From the NCBI GenBank assembly GCA_963734545.1, contig CAVTHO010000007.1:864001-928000 (forward strand): a stretch of DNA of 64,000 nt. Reading direction: 5' to 3'. Shown in pieces: positions 32,436 through 46,530 of this stretch. Both the position numbers and the translations under genes were made by a program. The notes below the pieces were generated by a model, which searched no databases, was not told the DNA's origin, and saw only the letters and a program-made list of their open reading frames with translations. Within the stretch, counting starts at the first letter, position 1; each line of letters starts with the position of its first letter. The DNA comes from an uncultured Spirochaetota bacterium. Lineage in GTDB: Bacteria; Spirochaetota; Spirochaetia; SZUA-6; Fen-1364.

Positions 32436-32499
32436 ATCGCTTCTATAATTATCGTGAAAAAGGACCTATATTTCCATACAATTTGGGGAAATGGTGCAA

Positions 32500-33211
32500 A
32501 TGAAGCATTCCCGCCTTCTCCTGGAGATGTCCCTTTTCTTCCTTGCATTCTTCCTGCCCGGGCTATCTTGCCCAGACACACCCTCCGGCCGCGGGCCCTG
32601 CGTCCACCCTGGCGATGCTCCAGGTCATCGTGACGGGATTACCTCAGTTCATGCTCATGGCGTACGTTGCCACGCTTTCCGTTGGAAGAGCTCCTCGCAA
32701 CTGGGGGCTCATTGCGCTCGAGCCGCGGGACGGGATTCGGATCCTTGTTCTCCTTGTCGGTTGTTTCGCGGTCGTCGCGCCCTTCGTGGCTCTTGCTCTC
32801 GCGCTGCCTCCCCGATTCAGCAAATCACTGACGCTGGGGTATCGCTGGGGACTGCTGAGCGTGACGCAGATTCCGATTGCGCTTCTGTTCGGTCTCACCG
32901 CAGGCTATCGTGAAGAGTTCTTCTTCCGCTCATACCTGCTGGGCAGGCTCGGCCAGCTCGGAATTCCCGTACCGATCGCGGCAATCGCATCAACAGCCCT
33001 TTTCAGCCTCGGCCACATATACGAAGGCCCTCTGGGCGTCGCCATTGCGGCAGCGCTGGGGGCACTTTTCGCCGCGGTTTATATCCGCAGGCCGAATCTC
33101 CACGTCATCGCGATTTCCCACGGCCTGTACAACGCCATCGTGCTCTGGCTGAGCCTTCTGATTCCCAGCTCGTTGCCCGCCGCAGCCGGAAACCTTATCT
33201 TCCGTCCATGA
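32500..33211 (+). CDS. CPBP (CAAX/Abi) intramembrane protease (frameshift near 32560)
   Basis: EEFFFRS; FSLGHIYEG; HGLYN. Confidence 0.85.
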
Positions 33212-33858
33212 TGCGAAGATTCGCGCTGCTTCTCCTGCCTGCGGCCGCCGTTCTTTTTCTCCTGGCCTGTGCCCCGAAGCAGGCCCCTGCAGCGGCAGTC
33301 GGGACCGGGGCGGAGCGTGCGGCGGTTCCTGCCGTACCTGGCGCTGCCGCAGCGGAACCGGTTTCAAGCAGCACCGCGCCGGGAAGCACGAATGAAATGC
33401 TTTTGAAGGCCGGGTTCGCAGTGCCGAAAGCCGAGATCACCGCGTCGGATTTCACCCTCGCATCTCTGGACGGCAGGAACGTGAGCCTCGCCTCCTACAA
33501 GGGCTCGTTTGTCTTCCTGAGTTTCTGGGCCACGTGGTGCGGACCATGCAAGCAGGAGCTTCCCTCCGTGCAGGCGCTCTACAACAAGCTGAAGGACAAA
33601 GGTCTGGTGATCGTGGCCGTGGACGTCATGGAAGGAAGCAAGACCGTCAGCGCCTTCGTGAAGGCCAATCATATGACTTTCCCCGTGCTGCTCGATGCGG
33701 ACGGCAAGGTGGGAGGGGAATACGATGCGCGGAGCATCCCCACGAACTACCTCGTCGATCGCAATGGGAAGATCCTGGCCCGAGTGGTGGGGTATGACGG
33801 CACTCCCTGGGACAGCCCCGAGCGGCTCGCGCTCTTCGAAAAGCTTCTCGCGATGTAG
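33208..33858 (+). CDS. TlpA/ResA thiol-disulfide oxidoreductase lipoprotein
   Basis: LLAC lipobox; FWATWCGPCKQE; IPTNYLVD. Confidence 0.9.
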   Translation: MMRRFALLLLPAAAVLFLLACAPKQAPAAAVGTGAERAAVPAVPGAAAAEPVSSSTAPGSTNEMLLKAGFAVPKAEITASDFTLASLDGRNVSLASYKGSFVFLSFWATWCGPCKQELPSVQALYNKLKDKGLVIVAVDVMEGSKTVSAFVKANHMTFPVLLDADGKVGGEYDARSIPTNYLVDRNGKILARVVGYDGTPWDSPERLALFEKLLAM

Positions 33859-33939
33859 GTTTCGGGGCATAGCCAGCCTTTACACGACCGCCCCTCCGTT
33901 GTATCACTGTATCCTACTCTCAACGACCAGGAGGCGGTT

Positions 33940-35142
<1,203 letters not shown>

Positions 35143-35180
35143 CCAGAGGCGAGCCTGCGCGGCGTCGGAGGCGTAGCCGC

Positions 35181-36159
35181 CTAGAAGAAGTCCCTCAGGC
35201 GCTGCAGGAGGCTCTTCCTGCGCGCCTCTTCCTCGTGGAAGACGCCGAGGCTGAGGAACTTCTGATGCCGCTGCGCCAGGAGCGATTCCACGCTCCTGCG
35301 GCGAAAGGACGCGCGAGGGACGCGAGGATGTCCGCCTTCAGGGCCGCGGCCGCGGCCCCGCCGGATCCTTGTGCGCGCCCACCTGGGGTTCCGCGACGAT
35401 CCTGTCCACCACGCGGAATCGCAGCAGGTCATGCGGGGTCAGCTTCAGCAGGGCGGCGGCCTCCCGGGCCTTCGCCGGAATCCCGCAGCAGTATCGACGC
35501 GCATCCTTCGGGAGTGATGACCGAGTAGTATGCGTTCTCCATCATGAGCACGATGTCCGCCACGCCGATGCCGATGGCGCCGCCCGATCCGCCCTCGCCG
35601 AGGATCGTGGCGATGATGGGCACGGGCAGGACGGAGAACTCCTTCATGTTCACCGCGATGGCCTGGCTGATGCCGCGATCCTCGCCGGAGACTCCCGGGT
35701 AGGCGCCCGGGGTGTCGATGAAGGTGAGGATGGGCCTGCCGAACTTTGCCGCCTGCCGCGCAAGGCGCAGCGCCTTCCGGTATCCCTCGGGATGGGCCAT
35801 GCCGAAGTTGCGCTTCAGGTTGTCCTTCATGTTCTGGCCCTTCTGGTGGCCGAAGAACGTGACGGGCAGGCCATTGAGCAGCGCGATTCCGCCGACCATG
35901 GCCGGGTCATCGCCGAAGGTCCTGTCGCCGTGAAGCTCGAGGAAATCGTCGAAGATCATCTCCGCGTACTGCAGGGTCGTCGGCCGCTCGGGATGCCGGG
36001 CCAGCTCGACGCGCCGCCACGCCTCGTTCTCCGGCGGGCGGACGGGCGGAGCTGAAGCTTGAGCTCCAGGTCCGCGAGCTCCCGGCTGATGTCGACATTC
36101 GACCTTTCCGCCAGTCCCTTCAGCTCGGCGAGCTTGTCGCGAAGCGGGTTCTCGCTCAT
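35181..36159 (-). CDS. accA: Acetyl-CoA carboxylase carboxyltransferase alpha (frameshifted)
   Basis: ELHGDR; [15 protein letters not shown]; DTPGAYPG; GEGGSGGA; [12 protein letters not shown]. Confidence 0.92.
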
Positions 36160-37036
36160 GTCCGGCCCCCCTGCGGCGCAGGCGTGCGTCTTCAGCAGGA
36201 AGCGCGAGGCGTCTTCTTCAGCTCCGTGCGCGGGCACCATCATGTCGATGAAACCCCGCTCGAAGTGGTACTGGGAGAGCGGAAAGTTCTCGGGCACCTT
36301 CTCGCGGATCGTCCCGGCCACCACCCGCGCCCCGGCGAAACCGCATCAGGGCGCCCGGCTCGGCGAGGGTGACGTCCCCCAGCATGGCGAAAGACGCGAG
36401 CACGCCCGCGGTGGTCGGATCGGTGAGGACGACGAAGTAGGGGCAGCGGGCTCTTCTCGAGGGCCTGCGTGGCCACGGCCGTCTTTGCCATCTGCATGAG
36501 CGACAGGATGCCTTCCTGCATGCGCGCGCCGCCCGAGGCGGTGAAGACGATCACGGGCAGCTTCTTCTCCGCGCCGACGAGCATGGCGCGCATGATCTTC
36601 TCCCCCACCACCGAGCCCATGCTCCCGCCGATGAACCGGAAATCCATGACGGCCAGGACCACCTCGTGCGCCGTCGACCTTGCACAGGCCCGTGACCACG
36701 GCCTCCTTGATGCCGGTCTTCTGCGCCGCGGCGCCAAGCTTCTGCTCGTAGTCGGGGAACTCCAGCGGGTTGGCCGTCTCGATGTCCGCGGACAGCTCCT
36801 GGAACACCCCTTCGTCGGCGGTGAAGCGGATCCGCTCCCACGCGGTGAGGCGGAAGTGGTGCTGGCAGTGGGGACAGGTGTAGAGCGTGGCCTCCAGCTC
36901 ATGGGCCGTCAGAGCGGCGGTGGCAGGAGGGACAGGAGTTCTTTTCGTCGAGGAACGAGCGCTCGTCGCGCTTCTTCTGCGACCGGGTGCTCGATGAGAT
37001 CCGCGGATCCAGCCCTGGATCCCCTTGGAATTGTCT

Positions 37037-37040
<4 letters not shown>
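36156..37040 (-). CDS. accD: Acetyl-CoA carboxylase carboxyltransferase beta (frameshifted)
   Basis: CPHCQHHFR; [14 protein letters not shown]; [18 protein letters not shown]. Confidence 0.92.
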
Positions 37041-38369
<1,329 letters not shown>

Positions 38370-38373
<4 letters not shown>

Positions 38374-38816
38374 ACCCTGCGCACCTCGAAGAGGGGCGCG
38401 CCGAACTCGACCATCTTCCCGTTCTCCGCGAGGATGGCGACGATCTCCAGGTCGAACTCCGCCTGGAACTCGTTCATCAGCTTCATGGCCTCAAGGATGC
38501 AGAGGGGCTTGCCCTTCTTGCACCGTGTCGCCCTTTTCGACGAACGGCGGAGCATCCGGCGCGGCGGCCCGGTAGAAGGTGCCCACCAGGGGGGCGCGGA
38601 TGCACTTCGGTGTCCGATGCCGTGCTTGACGTGCGGCTCGGCGGCCGGGGGCCGCGTTTCGTGCGCGGCATGGGCAGCAAGCGGTGCCGGGGAAAGCTGC
38701 GGCGCGGACAACACTTTTTTCAGCGCTACCTCTTCTCCGTCTTTCTTGAACACGAGCTCAGAAAGTCCGCTTTTTTCGAATCGCTCCATCAGGGCGTACA
38801 ATTCTTTTATGTCCAT
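38370..38816 (-). CDS. accB: Biotin carboxyl carrier protein
   Basis: [11 protein letters not shown] biotinylation motif; compensating internal indels. Confidence 0.93.
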
Positions 38817-38850
38817 GGCCTTCCCCCTATCCGGTTCCCACCCGCACGCC

Positions 38851-38874
38851 GGTCACGGTATACCGTGACATTTT
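38851..38874. repeat. Palindromic motif B, intergenic copy upstream of accB
   Basis: GGTCACGGTATACCGTGACATTTT is the reverse complement of the mtaB copies. Confidence 0.7.
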
Positions 38875-38905
38875 TCTGGCTTGTATGCATGACAAGAATA
38901 GTCGG

Positions 38906-38934
38906 AAATTAGCATTTGCCCCGTGCTCTGTCAA
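38906..38934 (-). promoter_or_regulatory. Sigma70 promoter of accBCDA
   Basis: TTGACA-N17-TAATTT. Confidence 0.55.
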
Positions 38935-39036
38935 TTCGACACGCTCTCTACCCGATCGCCGCCGGGCCGCGACAGGCTTTTCAGGGAGTCGACTTGGTCA
39001 GGCGAAGACTCTCGATAACGAGGCGCACTCCACGGA

Positions 39037-41011
39037 TCATGCAGGCGGGTTCTCGGCGACTCCCCCTGGAGCGGGAACGCCGTCCTGCTCGACCGATTCC
39101 ACCGACTCCGCCTCCGCGATGTTCTCGATGGTGTCCACGATCCCGGCGGCATCCCGCGTCGGCAGGAACTGCTCGCCGCCGGGCGTGGCAGTCCCCGTGG
39201 ACTCCTCCCGCAGCTTGAGCGTCTCTCCGAACCACGAGAACGCGGCAGCCAGCCGGTCCGTCATCTGGCGCATGTCGTGAGACACCTCCAGGATCGAGCG
39301 GATGAGCGTGTCCACGCCCGCCAGGCCGTCCTGGATGTCCGTGTGCGCACGGCTGACGTCCTCCAGGGCGCGGGAGTTGTCCGCAGATCATCGTGCGGAT
39401 CTCTTCGCTCCGTTTCATGATCTCGAAGAACCCCGTGCCCAGCCCCTTGATCCGGTTGACGCCCTTCTCCACGCCGCGGTTCGTGTCCTTGATCACCGCG
39501 CTCACCTGGTCGGACACGGTGCGCGTGAGATCCGCCAGCTTGCGGATCTCCTGCGCCACGACGGAGAACCCTTGCCCGGCCGCGCCCGCCTTCGCGGCCT
39601 CGATGGAGGCGTTGAGGGAGAGCATGTGGGTCTTCTCCGCGATGCCGATGATCTGGCTTACCGCCTTGCGGATGACGATTGACCGCTGGTACAGCGCTTC
39701 CATTTCCCGCAGCGTTTCCTGGATCTGCGCATTGAAGCTCGTGATCAGGCCGTCCACCTGCTCCGTGTACCCGAGGATGTCCTTTTCCTTTGCCACGACC
39801 CGGGATTCGCCGGTGCCGGCCTCCTCGAGGGAAATGATGAGCCCGCCGATCGTAAATGACTGCTTCTGAGCGCTTTCCAGGAGCTTGCCGGAAAGCTTCG
39901 TGATGTCGACGTTACGTTTTTCCAGCAGCTCCTTGCCCTCGCGGATCCGCTCGATCATCTCCCAGTCGCTTTCGATCCTCCCGATGAGCTCCTGGCTGGT
40001 CTGCCGGTACATGGACTGCGTGCGGGAGAGCTCGCTCAGGAGCAGCGTGCCCTCGAAGAGCGGAATAAGCAGGCCGGGGAGGAAGGAGAAGAGCCCGAGC
40101 CGGGGAAGAAAAAGGTCGGCAAAGACCCCGGCGCCGAGGGCAAGGAAAAGCGCGACGCCCAGGGAGAAAGGCAGCAGCGCGCGCCGTAAACCTGCTTTGA
40201 GCCTGCCCACTAGGCACATCAGCGCAAGAACGGCGAACGAGACGGCAAGAACGCCGCGCGTGGCGGTTTCCGCGATCTCCATGACGTCCACACGGGTGGA
40301 CACCACGACCACGCATGCGGCCAGGAAAGGAGGGAGGACGAGAGGAAGGAGAAAGCGCAGCCGTGCGGCCTTCAGCAGCTCGAGCGTTGCCTGCGCGAGA
40401 AAAAGCGCGGTCAGGAAAAACGCGATGACGCCCAGCTTCAGGGCGAGTACCGGAGAGATGAACCCCACGACGTATGAGGGAAGGACTTCTGAGGCGGCAT
40501 TCGCAAAAAGGGCGAAAACAAGGAAAAGGGTTTCCCGCGACCGCTGGCGGGCAAAGAGCGTGAGAAACTGAAATGCCAGCAACAGCGATAGAAGTCCCGC
40601 AAAGACCCGCAGCGGCACCACGGGCAGGTTGAGGAGCGCGAGCCGCGCGCCCAGGCCCTCCAGAGGGACGATCAACAGCACGGGCGGGAAGGAAGTGGCG
40701 GGCGACTGCGCGAGTTGAACGGTGAGAACGTGCGCGCTCACGGAATCCGACTTCGGGAGCGGATAGCCGCGGTACCCCGGCACGCCGCCGGTCACCGGCC
40801 GACCGATGACCTGGCTGTCGAAGGAAATCTCCTGCGCCGCGGCTGTCGGGCCCACCACGAGGGCGTATTGCCCCGACGCGAGGTTCCCCTCGCTTCGCAG
40901 CCCAGCGCCGGAGCCTGCGGCGGCGGGAGTCCACGTGGCGCCGAGATCGGCCGCCCCGAGCGATATGCATGCGGCGAGCAGGAGGAGTGAGATCGGCAGG
41001 AGTTTTCTCAT
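39037..41011 (-). CDS. Multi-TM methyl-accepting chemotaxis-like protein (frameshift near 39385)
   Basis: [37 protein letters not shown] hairpin tip; signal peptide plus about 7 TM helices. Confidence 0.85.
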
Positions 41012-41052
41012 CAAGGGCTCCTGCAGCATAGTATAGAGAGAAACATGGCTCA

Positions 41053-42936
41053 ATGAAAGACGAGCGCAGGCGGCATGCCGCGCCGTCAGCCGACCCGCGC
41101 CCCGCCTGCTCCGATTTGACAGGCGATACCGGCGGTGGTACCGTTAGAGGGGTCGTGACAGAGGTCGTTCTCAAAATCATCGAAGAGTTCTCCGATGGCT
41201 TTCTCATTCTCAACGAGGACGGGCGCATAGTCTTTTTCAACGAGCTGCTTCTGAAGACCCTGGGGCTGCGCGCCGCGGACGTTTTTGCCCATGAAGCGGA
41301 CCTCCTGGCCCGTCTCGGGATCGCCTCCCCCTACGAGCCTTCCGAGCGCGAAGTGCTCGTGGAAGACCGCGGGGGAACGCCCCGGCGCCTGCTCGTATCG
41401 TCGCTTGCCGTGGACGGCAACAGAGGCCAGTACATACTGGCGCGCATCAAGACGGCCCCCTCCCGGGGCAACGGCTCCTCAGGGCTCGCGCGCAGAGAGC
41501 TCGAGCAGCTCTTCCGCAACATCGGGGACCCCCTCATCACGGCCGATCTCGGCGGCGTGATCACCTGCGCAAATCCTTCTTTCTACAAGCTGATCGAGTG
41601 GGAACAGGGCAAGGCCCTTCCCAATATCGCCGAGCTCTATGCCCATTCCGCGGAGCTCGAGGACAAGATCCTGCGGCTTGCCGAGTCGGACATGGTCTTC
41701 AATCTGGACACGCACCTCGTGACCGGGGCGAGACAGCCGAGACGCGTTCTGGACACCTCGTGGGTGCTGCGAGACGATCATGGCGTGGTCACGGGCTACA
41801 CGAGCCACCTCAAGGACCTCACCTACGTCAAGAACCTCGAGACGCGCCTGAAGATTTCCGAGCGCAACTACATCGTGCTCTTCGATACGATTCTTTCCTC
41901 GATCGTCCTCGTCGACCCGTCGGGAAAGATCCTCAACTGCAACTACTACGCGGAAGAAATGTACGGCTACCGCTGGGCCGATCTTGTCGGGAAGCAGTTC
42001 GACGAGGTGTTTCAGGTGCGCGACAAGAATCTCGGCATCCTTCAGCTCATGGCGCTGGTGGACGGGAACAAGGGCAGGTACGTGGAGACGGACGTCCCCC
42101 GCAGGTGCAGGGACGGATCCATCAAGTTCACCTACGCCTCCTACTCCGCGCTCACCAGCACGGCGGGAGAGATAATCGCCTACGCCATCATGGAAAGGGA
42201 CCTGAGCGAGCGCGTCCGGCTGGAAAAAAAGCTGCAGGACTCGTTCCAGCAGATCCGGGACACCCAGTCAGCGGCCATACTCGGGTTTGCGCGGCTCACC
42301 GAGTACAGGGACATGGACACCGGCAAGCACCTCGAGCGCCTGCGCGAGTACACGCGTGTCATCGCTCTCGGCCTGGCAAAACTGCCCACGTACGCCGGGT
42401 ACATCACCGCTGACTACGTGGACGACCTCTGCCTGTCCTCGGTGCTGCATGACGTGGGCAAGGTGGGAATCGAGGATGCGGTCCTGCGCAAGCCGGGGAA
42501 GCTCAGCCCGGCGGAGTTCGAAAAGATCAAGCAGCACGCCCGGCTCGGAGGAGAGGCGCTGAGCGCGGTGGACAGAGAGCTCAAGCAGAAGTCGTTTCTG
42601 ACGATCGGCAAGGAGATCGCATTCTCCCATCATGAGCGCTGGGACGGATCGGGGTATCCGGCGGGAAAGAAGCAGGACCAGATACCGCTCTCGGCCAGGA
42701 TCGTGGCTCTCGCGGACGTCTACGACGCGCTCACGAGCAAGCGCAGCTACAAGGACGCGCTTTCTCATGAAGAGGCCGTCCGGATCATCGTGAAGGAGCG
42801 GGGCACGCATTTCGACCCGGAGATCGTGGATGTCTTCCAGCAGAACCTCGATGCGTTCCGCCGCATCCACATGCTGGAGTCGTTCAAGACGGACCTCAAG
42901 AGCATGGACGACATCCTGAAAGCGGGCCGCCCATAG
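41053..42936 (+). CDS. PAS-domain HD-GYP c-di-GMP phosphodiesterase
   Basis: Three PAS-like segments; LHDVGK; [11 protein letters not shown]; ADVYDAL; start may lie downstream. Confidence 0.9.
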   Translation: MKDERRRHAAPSADPRPACSDLTGDTGGGTVRGVVTEVVLKIIEEFSDGFLILNEDGRIVFFNELLLKTLGLRAADVFAHEADLLARLGIASPYEPSEREVLVEDRGGTPRRLLVSSLAVDGNRGQYILARIKTAPSRGNGSSGLARRELEQLFRNIGDPLITADLGGVITCANPSFYKLIEWEQGKALPNIAELYAHSAELEDKILRLAESDMVFNLDTHLVTGARQPRRVLDTSWVLRDDHGVVTGYTSHLKDLTYVKNLETRLKISERNYIVLFDTILSSIVLVDPSGKILNCNYYAEEMYGYRWADLVGKQFDEVFQVRDKNLGILQLMALVDGNKGRYVETDVPRRCRDGSIKFTYASYSALTSTAGEIIAYAIMERDLSERVRLEKKLQDSFQQIRDTQSAAILGFARLTEYRDMDTGKHLERLREYTRVIALGLAKLPTYAGYITADYVDDLCLSSVLHDVGKVGIEDAVLRKPGKLSPAEFEKIKQHARLGGEALSAVDRELKQKSFLTIGKEIAFSHHERWDGSGYPAGKKQDQIPLSARIVALADVYDALTSKRSYKDALSHEEAVRIIVKERGTHFDPEIVDVFQQNLDAFRRIHMLESFKTDLKSMDDILKAGRP

Positions 42937-43009
42937 AACACGCGCAGGGCGGAAATATCACGTCGCTCACTTTCGCCCCCTCCTGCTTCCTGATATACTC
43001 ACGCACCGG

Positions 43010-44499
43010 ATGACCTCCCGAATCGACATCGCCGAGATACAGAAAGCCGCCCTCAGGTCGATTCCCCTCACCTTCCGGCTCACCAGCCTCCCTCATGAAT
43101 CCCACGCTCTCCTGGACAGGATCCTGGAGGTGTACCTGGAGGAACTGGGGCAGGAACAGATACTCGAACCCCTCTCCTACTGCCTGAAAGAGCTCATCAT
43201 CAACGCGCAGAAGGCAAACACCAAGCGCCTGTACTTCGAGGAGAAGGGGCTCGACATCCAGATCGAGGAGCACTACGACCAGGGCATGCGCGACTTCCGG
43301 CGCGAATCAGCCGAGCGCCTGGAACACTGGCTGGGCCTCCTGAAAGAAAGGGGCCTGGTGATCGGGGTTACCTTTCACACAACGGGGGGATGCCTGGCAA
43401 TCTCGGTGCGCAACAGCGCCGAGCTCACGCCCCGGGAGCAGACCCGCATATTCGACAGGATCGCGCGTGCCCGCGCGTTTCATTCCTTCGTGGAGGCACT
43501 CGCGCAGCCGCTGGATTCCTCGGAGGGCGCCGGTCTCGGCATTCTGATCCTCCTGCAGTTCCTGAAGAGAATCGGCCTGGGAGAAGAGGCGTTCGCCATC
43601 GAGACGCGCAACGGTGAGACAGTGGCCTCGCTCGCCATCCCGATGAACAAGGTACAGCTGGAGAAAATCAGCGTCCTGACGCAGGCCATCGCGCGGGACG
43701 TGGATTCCCTGCCCCACTTTCCCGAGACGATCGTGGAGATCATTCACCTGAGCGAGGATCCGCGCGCGACACTTGCCCGCATCGCCGGGAAGATCGCCAC
43801 CGATCCCACGCTCACGGCTGACCTCCTGAAGCTCGTGAACTCCGCCTACTACATGCTGCCCCGCCGGGTCATCAACATCCTCCAGGCGGTGAAGGTCGTC
43901 GGGATGAAGGGCCTGAGGAATCTGCTCTACTCGTACGGCGCCCAGCAGATCATGGGTGAGAAGTACGCGGAGATGAAGACCCTGTGGGATCACTCCTATC
44001 GCACCGCGTTCTATGCCTTCATGCTCGCCCGCAGCTTCAAGCCGAAGAGACGACATACTCGACGACGTGTACGTGGCGGGGATCCTGCATGATCTGGGAC
44101 AGATCATCGTGACGTACCTCCACCCCGATGCCATGGAGCAGATGGCGAAGTTCTGCAAGGAGAAAGACATCCCGCTGCGCATTCTCGAGCATTTTTCTTT
44201 CGGTCTGAACCACGCCGACATCGGCGCCCTCATCGCCATGAAATGGAACTTCCCCGACCAGCTCGTGCAGGGCATCAAGTATCATCACGACCCCTTGATG
44301 GCGCCGGTGCAGTACAAGGATGTCGTGTACTGCGTGTATGTCGCCAACGCGTTTTGCGACCTGGAGCGTGACTACCTCACCTTCGAGCAGATGGAGAAGC
44401 CCGTGCTGGGAGACTTCGGAATACGAAACGAGGAACAGATGCAGGAGGATTCTCGGAAGGCTGCAGAAAGCCTTCGAGCAGCGGAGAAGCACCTTTTGA
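43010..44499 (+). CDS. HATPase-like + HDOD domain protein (frameshifts near 44050 and 44445)
   Basis: ELIINAQKAN...GAGLG; DPTLTADLLKLVNSAYY; LWDHS; GILHDLG; WNFP; YHHDP. Confidence 0.85.
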
Positions 44500-44500
44500 T

Positions 44501-44532
44501 CCGCGGCGTACCTCCGCATTCCCGTGACATTC
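44501..44532. repeat. Degenerate fused motif A + half motif B right after the HDOD stop codon
   Basis: CCGCGGCGTACCTCCGCATTCCCGTGACATTC. Confidence 0.4.
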
Positions 44533-44559
44533 GCGGCGCCCGAAAATTCTCATTGTCTC

Positions 44560-44588
44560 TTGACATTCATCCAGAAAACGCATACATA
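44560..44588 (+). promoter_or_regulatory. Sigma70 promoter of the ilv-leu operon
   Basis: TTGACA-N17-TACATA; the same pair precedes tRNA-Gln. Confidence 0.6.
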
Positions 44589-44597
44589 TACACAATC

Positions 44598-44690
44598 ATG
44601 AGCGGCGGCATGGGCTCTCTTTCAATTCTGAGCGGACTCCTCCTTATTGGCGAACTCCTTGTGAGGAGCAGCAGACGCCCGGAGGGGTAG
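44598..44690 (+). CDS. Branched-chain amino-acid attenuator leader peptide
   Basis: MSGGMGSLSILSGLLLIGELLVRSSRRPEG*: 7 Leu, 2 Ile, 1 Val within 15 codons; alternative ATG at 44610. Confidence 0.75.
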   Translation: MSGGMGSLSILSGLLLIGELLVRSSRRPEG

Positions 44691-44718
44691 CGCGCAGCCG
44701 TTGGCAGACGCAATGCGC

Positions 44719-44753
44719 GGGCCGTTCTCCTTCCGGGAGAACGGCCCTTTTTT
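44719..44753 (+). terminator. Attenuator terminator
   Basis: GGGCCGTTCTCC-ttccg-GGAGAACGGCCC-TTTTTT, 12-bp perfect stem, 77 nt before ilvD. Confidence 0.9.
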
Positions 44754-44754
44754 A

Positions 44755-44777
44755 GAATCCGCTGGAGTACCGCGGCG
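44755..44777. repeat. Motif A, reverse orientation, in the ilvD leader
   Basis: Reverse complement CGCCGCGGTACTCCAGCGGATTC. Confidence 0.55.
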
Positions 44778-44830
44778 CCCGAGACTACCCGGCGCACCAG
44801 GCCGGGAACGCATGAGGAGGCAGCGTCAGG

Positions 44831-46530
44831 ATGGACACAGCAAAGCGTCGCAGCTCGGCGGTTCAAGAGGGCGCCTCGCGCGCCCCGCACAGGAGCCTGC
44901 TCCACGCCCTGGGGTGGGACGGCGCATCGCTGGGCAGGCCGGTCATCGGGATCGCCAACTCGTACAGCGAGCTGGTCCCCGGCCACCGCGATCTGCGAAA
45001 GATCGTGGAAAGCGTCCGCGAAGGCATCTGGTCGGAGGGCGGGGTTGCGTGCGAGTTCGGCACCATCGCGGTGTGCGACGGAATCGCCATGGGGCACGAG
45101 GGGATGAAGTATTCGCTGCCCAGCCGGGACCTGATTGCTGACTCGGTGGAGATCGTCGCCCAGGCCCACGCGCTGGACGGCCTGGTGCTTGTGGGAAGCT
45201 GCGACAAGATCGTCCCGGGCATGCTCATGGCCGCGGCGCGCCTGGACATCCCCTCGGTCATCGTCTCCGGGGGGCCCATGCTCGCGGGCAGCTTCGACGG
45301 CAAAGACGTGGGTCTGGAGGCGGTATTCGAAGCGGTCGGCCGGCACAGCGCGGGCAAAATGACCGATCGCTGACCTGGCGCGTCTGGAATCGCAGCGCCT
45401 GTCCCGGGCTGCGGCTCATGCGCCGGCCTGTTCACGGCGAACACGATGAACTGCCTCTCGGAGGCGCTCGGGCATTGCGCTTCCCGGGCAACGGGACCAT
45501 TCCCGCGGTGTACGCGGACCGATGCATCCTCGCCCGGGAGGCGGGCCGCGCCGCTGTTCGGGCCGTCCGCCAGGGACTTACTCCGCGCAAGGTGCTCACG
45601 CGCGCCGCTTTTCTCAACGCGGTCGCCCTGGACATGGCCCTCGGGGGCTCGACGAACACGGCGCTCCACCTGCCCGCGATTGCCGCCTCTGCAGGCGTTC
45701 CGCTCTCACTCGACGATTTTGACCAGATGAGCGCAAAGGTTCCTCATCTCTGCTCGCTGGCCCCTTCGGGACCGTACTACATGCAGCATCTGCACTCCGC
45801 CGGCGGTGTCATGACGGTGATGAAGACGCTGGCGGGTCTGGGAAGAATCGACGGGAGTGCAGCAACCGTGACAGGTTCTCCGCTCTCCTCATCTTACGCA
45901 TGGCGCACCGGACCCTGACGGAAAATACGTTGCGCGCCCGGAGAAGCCGTATCATGCCGAGGGAGGGCTCGCGGTGCTCAGGGGAAACCTCGCACCGGAG
46001 GGCAGCATCGTAAAAAAGGCGGCCGTGGACCCCTCCATGCTGGTTCACGAAGGACCAGCCCGCGTGTTCGATTCGGAGGAGGAGGCGCAGGAAGCGATCA
46101 TGGGAAAACAGATCAAGCCGGGGGACGTCGTGGTGATCCGCTACGAGGGTCCGAAGGGAGGGCCCGGGATGCGTGAGATGCTCTCCCCCACCGCCACCAT
46201 TGCCGGCATCGGCCTGGACCGGGAAGTGGCGCTCATCACCGACGGCAGGTTTTCCGGTGCCAGCCGCGGCGCGTCAATCGGCCACGTCACGCCCGAGGCC
46301 GCGGCCGGCGGTCCCATCGGAATCGTGCAGCGAGGGGGACCGCATCCGGGTCGATATCCCGGGAAAAAGGCTGGATCTTCTGATCGACGAGAAGGAATGG
46401 AAGGTCCGCGCGAACAGCTTCCGCCCCCGGGAAACCCGGACGGAAAGCTCGTTCCTCGACTCGTACGCCGCGTGCAGTGGGTCCCGCATCGAAGGGCGCC
46501 CTGCGCGAAACAAGAGGAGAGCGATCATGA
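44831..46530 (+). CDS. ilvD: Dihydroxy-acid dehydratase (several frameshifts)
   Basis: [19 protein letters not shown]; CDKIVPG; GGSTN; [15 protein letters not shown]; TDGRFSG. Confidence 0.95.

Noticed and set aside
40766-40812. Further motif A/B copies in the chemoreceptor gene, and at 11109-11129 and 22283
   Set aside because: Matches are short or degenerate and can be explained by codon usage in GC-rich DNA
45365-45375. In-frame TGA in ilvD (and TAG in pta at 25819) as recoding to Sec or Pyl
   Set aside because: The downstream conserved sequence is in a different frame; removing one base restores the protein
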